DNA of 64,000 bases from an uncultured Actinomycetota bacterium (lineage in GTDB: Bacteria > Actinomycetota > Actinomycetes > Mycobacteriales > Mycobacteriaceae). The stretch lies in contig CAWJDL010000001.1 of NCBI GenBank assembly GCA_963841555.1, positions 13,979 through 77,978 of the forward strand. Reading direction: 5' to 3'. Position numbers and translations under genes: made by a program. Of the stretch, positions 27,041-44,996 are shown piece by piece. The notes beneath the pieces are model-generated. The model had not been told where the DNA came from. It did no database searches and worked only from the letters and a program-made list of their open reading frames with translations. Within the stretch, counting starts at the first letter, position 1, and the number at the start of each line of letters is the position of its first letter.

Positions 27041-30010
27041 TCACTGCTGGGCGCCGGCGATCTCGGTGCGTACCGCAACGGTCAAGCGCTTGTATCGATT
27101 CGTATCGGGATCCAAATACCAGGCGTTACGCGACGGTTTGGGGATGCCCTCGGCCCGCATCGGGCTGAGCAGGGGCCGGTAGGACGCGCTGAGCTTCATC
27201 GCCGGCACCACGTGCACGATGTCGGGCGGGTTGCCGACGGGCAAATCGGCCAGTGCCTCGGACAGATCTGCCGACGGAATGCTGCCGCCCGGGCACAACT
27301 CCAGCGCGGTGATGGCCAGCTGGTGCCCACCCACCTCCACCCCGTAGGTCACGGCCAGATCCACCGCTCCGAGCCGGCCGACTGCATCGTTGATGGGAGA
27401 CGCGTAGACCGGGCCACGCGCCGTGTGGATCACCACGCCGCGGTTGTCGACGAGCCAGTAGTCGCCGTCCTCGTCGCGGCGGAACAGGTATTCGGTCGAC
27501 ACCCAGGTGTCGGCCGGGGCGAACACACCGCGTTTGACCGACGCCGTCGGATCCACGGGACCCCGTGGGTGGGCCAGCAGCACGCCGACCTCGTTGGTGT
27601 CGGCTCTCCGGACGAATCCGCGGTCGTCCTCGAGGATCAGGTCGTCCTCGGCGTCGTAGGCCGCCAGTTCGACGTCGCCGCCGCCGGGCAACGGCCTGCC
27701 CTTGCTACCCAGCTTGGCTCCGGAGACGTTGGCCAGCACGGCCTGCCCGTCGGTGGTGGCGAAGAACTCCACCACGTGTGCGGGCTTGAACACGTCGATG
27801 ACGCGCTTCCACAGGCCGGTCGGCATGCCGGAACCGATGAACAGCCGCACGGGGTGGCTGCCGGTCAACGAGAACGCCGGATCATCGATGACCTCACGCA
27901 GCATCGCCCAGGTGTACGACACCACCGTCACGCCGTACTGGCGGATCTCCTGGAGGAAGCGGTCCGGCCGCAGCTCCCGCGACAGCGCGATGCGCGACCC
28001 TCCGACGACCGCACCGCCGAGGCTCACCAGAAGCCCGGACTGGTGATGCAGCGGGGTGAGGCAGTAGACGGTGTCGGCACGGCCGAGGTTGGCGGCCGAC
28101 GCGGTGCCGAACGCGGACAGCGCCCAGCGGTAGTTGGTGATCTGGCGGGCGACGAGGTCGCCGCCGATGGAGCTGAACCCGACGAAAGCGAGGTCGCTCG
28201 CGAGGCCCGGGTTGGGCCGGTACCAGCCGGGCAGGTCCACGACGTCGGGGTCGATCTTCTCCATGTCAGTGACGTCGGCAGCGTCCGACAGGTGCAAATC
28301 GCGCGATTCGCCGCCGCCGAGAACCAGCACTCGCACGTCGAGTCCGCGGGCTGCCTCGAGGTTGCTCGGGTCGGCGATGATCTCCGACACCCCACCGAGC
28401 CGCGCCGCGGTGGCCAGGTCAACGTCGGGCGGCATCAAGACCGCAACGGCGCCCAACCGTGACAGCGCGGCGATCGCAACGAGCGCGCTGGGCCGGGTCT
28501 CCATCAGCACCCCGACATGGGCGCCTTGGCGCACGCCCACCTCGATGAGACCGCGCACGACGTTGTTGATGCGCCGATCCACGGCCTCGTAGGTGTGCAC
28601 ACGGCCGTCGAACAACAGGCACTCGCCGTTCGGGAGGTCGCGGGCCTGCTCGGACATGATGCGGCCGAGCGAGATACGAGTGTGGTCATTGATCTGGCCG
28701 AGGCGCGCCAGCCTTGGCAACGTGCGATAAGTCTCGATGGCCAGCGTTCGGGCCGACTTGTTGGCCGCCACGAGCGCGTCGGCGGCCGACCGGGCGAGCG
28801 TGAACACCATCTCAGTGGCGGCCGCGGTGCCGTGCGCTACCCGCGACGACAACGACACGCCGCTTTCGCTGGGTTCGGCCGGTTGCAGTGCCATAGGCGT
28901 GACGCCGTCGGGCAAGTCACCGGTGCCGTCGATCCACTGGACCCACTGCCCGACCGTCGGCCAAGTCTGGCTGGCCGCCTTTGAACCGACGACAAGACCG
29001 AAATGCCCTGCGCGGATGAGGAATTCGTAGATATCGGCCTGCGGGGCGGCCCGCTTGATCCCGCGCACCGAGGCCGGTTGCCCGATGTCATCGACTTCGC
29101 CGATGACCGCGAGCACCGGGCAATTGATATCCGACAGCGTGACCAGGTCGCCGTGAATGGAAAACCCGCCGGTCATCATCCTGTTGTGCGCGATGAACTG
29201 CTTGAGCAGTTCGGAGATGGCAGGGCCGGACCACGCGATCCAGCCCTCCGACGCCAGGAACCGTCGCTGCTGTTCCCGTGGCAGCAGCGCCTCGCGGTCG
29301 TGCAGCTGGCGCAGGAAGTCCAGCCGTGATTGCGCCGTCTTGATCGGATCGAGCATCTGGAAGCCGGTGCGCGCCAGCCAACCGGGGATGTCGATGCGAC
29401 TGAACACGTGGTCGGCCATGAAGTCCGCGGCGGCAGGCGCCAGGCTGGCAGGCAGATTCATCGGCAACCCGGCCAGGGTGTCCACGGGTGCGCCGAACGC
29501 GACGATGCTGGCCAGATCCTTCGACCTGCGGTAGGCCGCGGTTTGATAGGCGAACATGCCGCCCTGCGAATAGCCGGCCAGGTGGACGTCGCGGCCGGTG
29601 ATCTCCTTGACGGTGTCGATCGCTTCGCTCAGCGCGACGACGTGGTCGGCGAGGTTGCGGTCCATGCCCCCTTCGACCTTGTCGGGCGAGCCGAAGTCGA
29701 TGACCCACGGGTCGATGCCGGCCTCGTGCAGGATGCCGACCGCGCCGTCCTCGCGGGTGACGTCCCACATGTCTGCCGACATCATCATCGGGTGGACCAT
29801 CAGAACCGGGGGCCCTGGACGCTTGGCCCCTGGCCGGACGTCGGGCGGGAAGTAGCGGCGCAACCGGTACATCGGAACGCTCTGGATGATCTGGAACGGC
29901 GACGGCACGGCACCGGTTTCCAGGCCGCCGTATCGCAGCACTTCCAGCCCGTTCTGCGCGGTGGCCACCAGCCGCCCCACTGGCCCGGTTATTGCCGACA
30001 GGTCCACCAC
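27041..30010 (-). CDS. PhaC-like hydrolase / acyl-CoA synthetase fusion (Rv1683-like)
   Basis: N-terminal GYSQGG nucleophile elbow and GHFGLVVG, C-terminal AMP-binding-like domain. Confidence 0.9.
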   Translation of the reverse strand: MVDLSAITGPVGRLVATAQNGLEVLRYGGLETGAVPSPFQIIQSVPMYRLRRYFPPDVRPGAKRPGPPVLMVHPMMMSADMWDVTREDGAVGILHEAGIDPWVIDFGSPDKVEGGMDRNLADHVVALSEAIDTVKEITGRDVHLAGYSQGGMFAYQTAAYRRSKDLASIVAFGAPVDTLAGLPMNLPASLAPAAADFMADHVFSRIDIPGWLARTGFQMLDPIKTAQSRLDFLRQLHDREALLPREQQRRFLASEGWIAWSGPAISELLKQFIAHNRMMTGGFSIHGDLVTLSDINCPVLAVIGEVDDIGQPASVRGIKRAAPQADIYEFLIRAGHFGLVVGSKAASQTWPTVGQWVQWIDGTGDLPDGVTPMALQPAEPSESGVSLSSRVAHGTAAATEMVFTLARSAADALVAANKSARTLAIETYRTLPRLARLGQINDHTRISLGRIMSEQARDLPNGECLLFDGRVHTYEAVDRRINNVVRGLIEVGVRQGAHVGVLMETRPSALVAIAALSRLGAVAVLMPPDVDLATAARLGGVSEIIADPSNLEAARGLDVRVLVLGGGESRDLHLSDAADVTDMEKIDPDVVDLPGWYRPNPGLASDLAFVGFSSIGGDLVARQITNYRWALSAFGTASAANLGRADTVYCLTPLHHQSGLLVSLGGAVVGGSRIALSRELRPDRFLQEIRQYGVTVVSYTWAMLREVIDDPAFSLTGSHPVRLFIGSGMPTGLWKRVIDVFKPAHVVEFFATTDGQAVLANVSGAKLGSKGRPLPGGGDVELAAYDAEDDLILEDDRGFVRRADTNEVGVLLAHPRGPVDPTASVKRGVFAPADTWVSTEYLFRRDEDGDYWLVDNRGVVIHTARGPVYASPINDAVGRLGAVDLAVTYGVEVGGHQLAITALELCPGGSIPSADLSEALADLPVGNPPDIVHVVPAMKLSASYRPLLSPMRAEGIPKPSRNAWYLDPDTNRYKRLTVAVRTEIAGAQQ

Positions 30011-30101
30011 CGCATGCTCCCCTTTTAGTGTCTTCTCTGCGGCCCAATCCCCCGATTGCCGTCGTCATCATGGCACAGGGTGCACATATCATCGGCGGCT
30101 G

Positions 30102-31856
30102 ATGGCGAACCTGATAAACGTCGAGCGGGCGACCGTCGGCTACGGCACCCGCACGCTGCTGGACGCGGTCAGTCTCGGCGTCGATGACGGCGACGCGATC
30201 GGCGTCGTCGGACGCAATGGCGACGGCAAGACCACGCTGCTCCAGGTGCTGACCGAGACCCGGGCGCCCGATTCCGGTCGAGTCACCCATACCTCTGGCC
30301 TGTCGGTGGGCTACCTGCGCCAGGCCGACGACTTCCCCGCCGGGGCCACCGTGCGGGAGGTGATTGTCGGCGGCAGGCCGGACCACATCTGGGCGGCCGA
30401 ACCGGACACCCGCGCCGTCGTCTCGCATCTGTTGTCCGGTGTCGATCTGGACGCCGATGTGGGGCTGCTCTCGGGTGGTGAGCGTCGGCGGGTGGCGCTG
30501 GCCGAGGTGCTGCTGGCCGGACACGACGTGCTGGTGCTCGACGAGCCGACCAACCATCTCGACGTCGAGGTGATCGGGTGGCTGGCCGAGCACCTCAACG
30601 GCCGGCGGGCACGGGCGCTGGTGGTGGTCAGCCACGATCGCTGGTTTCTGGACGCGGTGTGCACGCGGACGTGGGAGGTGCACGGCGGCGAGGTGGACGC
30701 GTACGACGGCGGGTACGCGGCCTACGTCCTGGCCCGCGCCGAGCGGATGCGGGTGGCGGCAGGTACGGAGGCGCGTCGGCGCAACCTCATGCGCAAGGAG
30801 CTGGCGTGGCTTCGGCGTGGCCCGCCGGCCCGCACGTCGAAACCCAAGTTCCGGATTCAGGCCGCCAACGAGCTGATCGCCAACGAGCCGCCGCCACGCG
30901 ATTCTCTTGTGCTGCAACGCTTTGCGACCTCCCGGCTGGGTAAGGACGTGTTCGACCTGCACCGGGTGCTGCTGGAGGTGGCCGATCGGGTGATTTTGGA
31001 TCGCGTCGACTGGTCCATCGGGCCTGGTGCCCGGATCGGGCTGGTCGGCGTCAACGGCACCGGCAAGACCTCCGTGCTGCGTCTGCTGATCGGTGAACTG
31101 CAACCGGCCGCAGGCACGATCAAGCGCGGTACCACGCTGAAGATCGGCTACCTGAGTCAGGCGCTCGCCGAAATCGACGGCGCCGACCGCGTTCTGGATG
31201 CCGTCGAAAACCGGCGGCGGGTGACGCAACTGGCAGGGGGCGGAGAGATCAGCGCGGACACCCTACTGAAGGACTTCGGTTTCACCGGCGACAAGCTGAC
31301 CGCGCGGCTTGCCGACCTCTCCGGCGGGGAGAAGCGACGGCTGCAGTTCCTGCGGCTGCTGCTCGACGAGCCGAATGTGTTGTTGCTCGATGAGCCGACC
31401 AACGACCTGGACATCGACACGCTGACGGTGATCGAGGACTACCTAGACGGGTGGCCGGGAACGCTCATCGCCGTCACACACGACAGGTACTTTTTGGAGC
31501 GGGTCAGCGACGTCACGTATGCGCTCACCGGCGGCGGGCGCTGCGACCTGCTACCGGGCGGCATCGAGCAGTACCTCGCGGACCGGGCGGCAGCGTCACC
31601 GGATGAGCCAGCCCGTCCGGCGCCTTCGCGGGGCTCGGAGTCGGCATCTGCGCGCGAGCGGCGCGCCGGCAAGGAAATGGCGCGCATCGAGGGTCAGCTG
31701 TCCAAGCTCGACGAGCAGATCGCCGCATTGCACGAGTCGATGGCGGAAGCTGCGTCTGATCACGTCAGGGTCGGCGAGCTCAATGTCGAATTGGGCGACC
31801 TGCTGGCGCGCAAGGAAACTCTGGAAGAGGCCTGGCTGGCGGCCGCCGAGGAATAA
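30102..31856 (+). CDS. ABC-F family ATP-binding protein
   Basis: Two ABC cassettes (GRNGDGKTT, GVNGTGKTS, LSGGE twice), no TM segments, C-terminal coiled coil. Confidence 0.93.
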   Translation: MANLINVERATVGYGTRTLLDAVSLGVDDGDAIGVVGRNGDGKTTLLQVLTETRAPDSGRVTHTSGLSVGYLRQADDFPAGATVREVIVGGRPDHIWAAEPDTRAVVSHLLSGVDLDADVGLLSGGERRRVALAEVLLAGHDVLVLDEPTNHLDVEVIGWLAEHLNGRRARALVVVSHDRWFLDAVCTRTWEVHGGEVDAYDGGYAAYVLARAERMRVAAGTEARRRNLMRKELAWLRRGPPARTSKPKFRIQAANELIANEPPPRDSLVLQRFATSRLGKDVFDLHRVLLEVADRVILDRVDWSIGPGARIGLVGVNGTGKTSVLRLLIGELQPAAGTIKRGTTLKIGYLSQALAEIDGADRVLDAVENRRRVTQLAGGGEISADTLLKDFGFTGDKLTARLADLSGGEKRRLQFLRLLLDEPNVLLLDEPTNDLDIDTLTVIEDYLDGWPGTLIAVTHDRYFLERVSDVTYALTGGGRCDLLPGGIEQYLADRAAASPDEPARPAPSRGSESASARERRAGKEMARIEGQLSKLDEQIAALHESMAEAASDHVRVGELNVELGDLLARKETLEEAWLAAAEE

Positions 31857-31864
31857 TCGGCGGC

Positions 31865-32344
31865 GTGCGTGTGGGCATCGCCGATCACCTAGGTTGGGCG
31901 ATCGCCGTGACGGCGTCAGCCGACTACGAGGTCGTTGACCGGCGACGGATCGAGCTCGTAGAGCCCGGCATGACGGCGGCCCCGATTCACTATGACGGCC
32001 ACCGTCTCGACGTCGCCGGCATGGCTGCGCTCGTCACCCAGGTGCGGGCCTCGATTCTTCGCGCGACATCGACCGCGCTCGACGACATTGCCGCCGCACT
32101 GCCCGAACCCGTCGTCTCGATATCGCTGCGAACCTGGCCGCCGGATCTCGCCGATGACATAGCCGTTCAGCTTCCCGCGCCGTATGAAGCCCGCGCCGAC
32201 GCCATCATGTATCGCCAAATACTCGCCGACCTCGCCCATGCGCGGGATTGGAAAGTCGTCTTGCATGGTCCTCGCGCAACGCTAGGGCCACCATGGACGA
32301 AGGACCATCGAATCGCGCTCGCAGCGACCACCGTCGGCGGCTAG
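31865..32344 (+). CDS. Conserved hypothetical protein
   Basis: MRVGIADHLGWA...GPPWTKDHRIALAA, coding-like composition. Confidence 0.65.
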   Translation: MRVGIADHLGWAIAVTASADYEVVDRRRIELVEPGMTAAPIHYDGHRLDVAGMAALVTQVRASILRATSTALDDIAAALPEPVVSISLRTWPPDLADDIAVQLPAPYEARADAIMYRQILADLAHARDWKVVLHGPRATLGPPWTKDHRIALAATTVGG

Positions 32345-32380
32345 GTGGGCTCCAACTCAGCCCGAAGTCAGCGCCGTCGA

Positions 32381-33760
32381 CTATCCCCACCCCACGGCGA
32401 CGGGGACCGAGCCGTCAGCGACGGCGGCCGCTAGCTGCGCGTGGTCGCGCTCGTTCTGGTCGGCGTATACGACGGCGAACGCCGCGAAAGCGTCCTGAAC
32501 CTTTTCGCCCGTACCCAAATAGTCGGCGATCGCCGCGGCGTCCCCGCTCCGAGCATGCGCGCGGGCCAGCACCCAGCCGCATGCCTTGGCGAAATTCGCG
32601 AGCCGGTCGGCGATGGTCTCGCCCTTCGGGATGACCTTGCCGTCCCGGAACTGACGAACGTAGAAGTCTTTCCCGGCATTTGTCGTCCAGCCCACGAAAA
32701 TATCTGTGGCGCTCTGAATCATGCGCTGGCCCTTGATTACCCGCTGACCGTGGTGCGGGTAGCGGCTCGGCTCAAGGAATTTCTCGTAGACGGAGGGCCC
32801 GGCCTGCTTGATCTGAAGGAAGAACGGGTCGAGCGTGCGACGCTCCTCCAACAGCACCAGGTACACGAGCATCCCAACGCTTCCCACACCCACCACTTGG
32901 CGGACCGCGTCGACGATGTCGAACCGCGACAGCAGACTCCAGACGTGGTCGGGCACCGATCCGCGGTAGGCCGCGGCAATCAGGTCCGGGTCCACATCCT
33001 CATCGCTAAGCACATGGGTGCGAAAAGGCGGATCCTCGATGATTTTCCGATGCCCGTCGACCACGGTTGTCAGCTTTTTCGACGCCCCGCGGCTGGTGCG
33101 TTTGCGCGCTTGCGAGCCGATCTGGCCGCCGATCTCGTCGGCGTCATACGGCGCCAGATGACCGACCAGCTCTTCGACATCGAATCGGTCGTACCAGATG
33201 TCAATCTCTGGCATCGTCGCGTATTTAGCGATTGCGTCGGCGTAGCCGCGGTAAGCCGCACTAGCCGATTGCCGTGCCGCCTTGGCGGACAGCCCGTAAT
33301 CGCGGGCCAGCACGACCACCGACGCAACGAGCCGCTTGACATCCCATTCGAAGGGGCCGGGCAACGTCTCATCGAAATCTCGCAGGTCGAACGAAAGGTT
33401 GCGTTCGGGCGTGTTCCACAAACCGAAGTTGAGTACGTGCGCGTCCCCGCAGAGCTGCACGGTGATGCCGGTGTTCGGGGTGGAGGCGAGGTCCGCGGCC
33501 ATCACCGCCGCGGCGCCGCGGAAGTATGTCCACGGCGAGGCTGCCATCCGTCCATGCCGGATCGGCAGCAGGTCCTGAGCGCGGAACTCGTTCTGCGCCA
33601 GGATCGTGGTGAGGGCGTCGTGACCGCGACCGTCGGGATTCCAGTCGGCCAAGGCGCGGCGTGGCACGATCTTGCGGGCCGAGCGGCCTTCGCCACTCCG
33701 TTCAGGTCGGCCTACGCTCTCCCGGTCCGCTATGGCGTTTGAGGTCGACGGAGCCGGCAT
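32381..33760 (-). CDS. DUF2252 family protein
   Basis: RHGRMAASPWTYFRGAA, CGDAHVLNFG, FDLRDFDET, VGVGSVG and FYVRQ motifs. Confidence 0.88.
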   Translation of the reverse strand: MPAPSTSNAIADRESVGRPERSGEGRSARKIVPRRALADWNPDGRGHDALTTILAQNEFRAQDLLPIRHGRMAASPWTYFRGAAAVMAADLASTPNTGITVQLCGDAHVLNFGLWNTPERNLSFDLRDFDETLPGPFEWDVKRLVASVVVLARDYGLSAKAARQSASAAYRGYADAIAKYATMPEIDIWYDRFDVEELVGHLAPYDADEIGGQIGSQARKRTSRGASKKLTTVVDGHRKIIEDPPFRTHVLSDEDVDPDLIAAAYRGSVPDHVWSLLSRFDIVDAVRQVVGVGSVGMLVYLVLLEERRTLDPFFLQIKQAGPSVYEKFLEPSRYPHHGQRVIKGQRMIQSATDIFVGWTTNAGKDFYVRQFRDGKVIPKGETIADRLANFAKACGWVLARAHARSGDAAAIADYLGTGEKVQDAFAAFAVVYADQNERDHAQLAAAVADGSVPVAVGWG

Positions 33761-33809
33761 GGCCGAATTATCTCAGTGCCTCAATGCCGGTGATCGGAGA
33801 ACAGCGCAT

Positions 33810-36420
<2,611 letters not shown>

Positions 36421-36421
<1 letters not shown>

Positions 36422-36915
36422 TAACCAATCTCCTTTTGCTGGATGCTTTCGAACTTGGTGGCCAGTTCCGCGCCGGTCATCGGTTCGCGCGCCACCACAA
36501 GGATGGTGTCGTCCCCTGCGACGGTGCCGACCACGTACGGCAATGCCGAACGGTCGATTGCACTGGCCAGATAGTGGGCTGCGCCCGGCGGCGTACGGAG
36601 GACCGCGAGATTGCCGCTGGCGTCGGTGGACACCAACAGCTCGGCGAGTAGCCGCGACGTGCGTTCAGTGCCACCGGAGACGCCGCGCACCGGGCTGCCG
36701 TCTTCTGGGACGACGTACACAGGGACGCCTCCGTCGGCGCCGCGCAGCTTGACGGCTCCGAGCTCATCGAGATCGCGCGACAGCGTGGCCTGAGTGACGT
36801 CGATTCCCTCATCGGCGAGCATCGTGGCCAGCTCGCTTTGGCTGTGCACGGATGTCGAAGACAGGATCGTAACGATGCGGGCTTGCCGCCCTGCCCTAGT
36901 GGCAGCTGAAGTCAT
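36421..36915 (-). CDS. argR: Arginine repressor
   Basis: TQATLSRDL and GTVAGDDT motifs. Confidence 0.96.
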
Positions 36916-36929
36916 GCCTCGACTCCCAG

Positions 36930-39021
<2,092 letters not shown>

Positions 39022-39025
<4 letters not shown>

Positions 39026-39890
39026 GCGCTCACCACCTTGGTGCCCGTCCCTTCGTCGGTGAACAACTCGACCAGAACGCAGTGTTCGACGCGGCCGTCG
39101 ATGACGTGTGCGCTGGGCACCCCTCCCGATACGGCGCGCAGGCACGCCTCGATCTTGGGCACCATGCCGGTCTCCAACCTCGGCAGCAGTTGCGTCAGTG
39201 CAGCCGTGTCGATCTCGCTGACCAACGAATCCCGGTCGGGCCAGCTGGTGTAGAGGCCTTCGACGTCGGTGAGCATCACCAGCTTCTCGGCGCCAAGCGC
39301 CTCGGCCAGCGCGGCGGCGGCGGTGTCGGCGTTGATGTTGTGCACGACGCCGTCGGCGTCGGGAGCGATCGTCGAGATCACCGGGATGCGGCCTGCGCCA
39401 ATCAGATCCCGTAAGGAGCCAGCGTCGACGCGCTCGACATCGCCGACCAGACCGATATCGGTCGCCACGCCGTCGACGGTGACGCTGCGGCGCACGGCGG
39501 TGAACAGATGCGCGTCCTCACCGGTGATCCCAACGGCGTAAGGCCCGTGCGCGTTGATCAGGCCCACCAGCTCACGGCCGACCTGCCCGAACAGCACCAT
39601 CCGGGCCACGTCGAGCACCTCGGGCGTCGTCACCCGGAAGCCACCCTTGAAATCACCTGCGATGCCAAGGCGTTTGAGCATCGAGCTGATCTGCGGGCCG
39701 CCTCCGTGCACCACGACCGGGTGGATGCCGCAGTTGCGCAGGAACACCATGTCGGCGGCGAACGCCGTCTTCAACGTGCCGTCCGTCATGGCGTTGCCGC
39801 CGTATTTGACGACGACAATCTTGTCGTGCAGTTGCTTGAGCCACGGCAGCGCAGCGGCGAGCACCTGTGCCTTGGTCTCGGTCGCGGCCG

Positions 39891-39894
<4 letters not shown>
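39022..39894 (-). CDS. argB: Acetylglutamate kinase
   Basis: [15 protein letters not shown] and NINADTAA motifs. Confidence 0.96.
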
Positions 39895-43007
<3,113 letters not shown>

Positions 43008-43011
43008 GCTG

Positions 43012-43614
43012 TCAGGCGGCCCAGGAGAACTGCGCCGAAGAGATGCCGGACTTGCCCTGGTACTCGATTCCGAACAGGTTGATGGACGCCGATTTTGCCT
43101 TCGCGACACGGAATTCCGAGCCGGCAGGATGGAAGATGCCGGTGACCCGTGCGGGCTCCCCGGTTTCGACGCCGAACGGCACGACGTCCTCGACAACGAA
43201 ATCCGTTGCGTCACCGATTCGGACGCTGTGGCGCAGGCCGTCCTCGTCCACCTCGATGGCGGCACGCTGGACACCGAGGTTCTCACCGATGAGCGGTCCC
43301 AGCGCAGCCATCGGACCGCCGAGCTCGCCGCTGAACACAGCCTGTAGTTTCGCCGCCTGCTCGTCGGACGCCTTCGCGTCGATGACCGTGCCCAGCCGCC
43401 AGTTGCCCTCCGTCATCACCTTGGGTGTGTCGGCGATGACCACGACGGCCAGCCCCCCGACATCGGTTCCCTCAACGTCACCGTCGGTGATGTTGAAGAC
43501 GAGCGTCGCTCGGCAGCGGTCGTAATCGGCGCCGTTCGCCATGTTGAAATTGCATGGGCAAAAGAACTCACACGAACAGGTTTCGACGTATGTGCCCCGG
43601 AGTTTCCACGTCAT
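43012..43614 (-). CDS. DUF1326 family protein
   Basis: W.L.G.YVETCSCEFFCPC N-terminus, F..GELGGP. Confidence 0.88.
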   Translation of the reverse strand: MTWKLRGTYVETCSCEFFCPCNFNMANGADYDRCRATLVFNITDGDVEGTDVGGLAVVVIADTPKVMTEGNWRLGTVIDAKASDEQAAKLQAVFSGELGGPMAALGPLIGENLGVQRAAIEVDEDGLRHSVRIGDATDFVVEDVVPFGVETGEPARVTGIFHPAGSEFRVAKAKSASINLFGIEYQGKSGISSAQFSWAA

Positions 43615-43778
43615 GGCTGGATTGTCCGCCGATTGCGGTCCCGTTGGAGCGATTCGCACAAACACAGCCGGGTCGGATGTTTGCGATCGTAAGCGTTCGC
43701 GGATTCGCCTTGGCATTCAGCCAATTCAGGCCTAGCCACTGCCCCATACTTTGATCAACATCAATTCCGGGGGGAATC

Positions 43779-44990
43779 GTGGATACGGAAGTACTCGCAT
43801 CGATCGACTTGTCCGGAACGTTCGCCGGTGACCTGCACGGGGTGCTACGCGAGGCGGCAAGTCGGGGGCCCCTGGCCATCGACGAAATGACCGGCGCCAC
43901 CGTCGTGCTCCGCCAGGCCGACCTCGAAACGCTGGCCCACGATCAGCGACTCGCAGGAATCGGGCTGACCCTGTTCGACATGATGGGCATCGCCGATGGA
44001 CCCCTCCGCGACTGGTACGGCGGGTTGATGTTCACGACGGAGGGCGATTATCACCGTCGCATTCGGTCGCTGGTCGCGCGCGCTTTCACGCCTCGATCCG
44101 TCGAGGCGCTGCGAGCGACGGCTGCAGACATGGCTGCCACCGCCGTCGCGTCCGTCCGGCAGGGCGGAGATCTTGTCGCGGCATGTTCGGCGCTTGCGAC
44201 GCGGCTGATCTGCCGCCTCCTCGGCGTACCGGACTCCGATGTCGAAGTATTCAGGCAATGGGCCGAGGCGTTGAGCCCGGTGTTCTTCGTGATGACGCCC
44301 GAACAAATCGCGGACGCGACGCAGGCAATCACCGAGCTTCAGACCTATGTCGACGGGTTGACGGCACGTCGCGCTGAGGACCCGGGAAGCGATCTCGTCA
44401 CCGCACTGCGTGCCGCCGAGTCAGATGGTGAGCGCCTGACCCATACCGAAACCGTCAACATGATCGCCAATCTGCTTGTCGCCGGCCACGATACGGCCGG
44501 CAGCCAGATACCGTGCAGCGCCTTGGTGGCGCTGCAGCACCTCGACCAACTCGATGGAGTTCACAACGATAACCTTCGGCTGGCGAGCTTCGCCGCGGAG
44601 ACCATGCGCCTGGAACCGAGCATCCCGATCATTCCGCGTACCGCACTGGCGCCGATCGAGTTGCACGATACGACGATCCCGGCCGGCTCGATGGTCTTTC
44701 TGTGCATCGCCGCCGCCTGCCGCGATGAAACGGCGTGGCGCGAACCCGACCAGTTCGACCCCGACCGCTTCACCCGACCCGACACGGCCAAGCTGCCGAA
44801 CTTCGGCGCGGGCACGCACTACTGCCTGGGCACTGCCCTCGCGAAAATTTCAGTGGAAGAGTCGCTGCGTGCTGTCCTCGCGGCCGATCCCCCGCTGCGC
44901 CTGACCGAGGAGCCAGCCGAGATCCCGTGGCGCCAGGTGCTTGGCCGCAGTCCGTCCCGACTGCTCGTCGGCCCGGACACTGCAGCCTAG
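43779..44990 (+). CDS. Cytochrome P450
   Basis: AGHDT I-helix, ETMR (ExxR), [16 protein letters not shown] heme ligand. Confidence 0.95.
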   Translation: MDTEVLASIDLSGTFAGDLHGVLREAASRGPLAIDEMTGATVVLRQADLETLAHDQRLAGIGLTLFDMMGIADGPLRDWYGGLMFTTEGDYHRRIRSLVARAFTPRSVEALRATAADMAATAVASVRQGGDLVAACSALATRLICRLLGVPDSDVEVFRQWAEALSPVFFVMTPEQIADATQAITELQTYVDGLTARRAEDPGSDLVTALRAAESDGERLTHTETVNMIANLLVAGHDTAGSQIPCSALVALQHLDQLDGVHNDNLRLASFAAETMRLEPSIPIIPRTALAPIELHDTTIPAGSMVFLCIAAACRDETAWREPDQFDPDRFTRPDTAKLPNFGAGTHYCLGTALAKISVEESLRAVLAADPPLRLTEEPAEIPWRQVLGRSPSRLLVGPDTAA

Positions 44991-44996
44991 CCTGCG

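Noticed and set aside
26804-31229. Long ORFs antisense to real genes (e.g. 26804-28462, 29088-31229; likewise 32441-33742, 38063-39253, 39927-41096)
   Set aside because: Shadow ORFs caused by GC-rich codon bias on the opposite strand, with no motifs.
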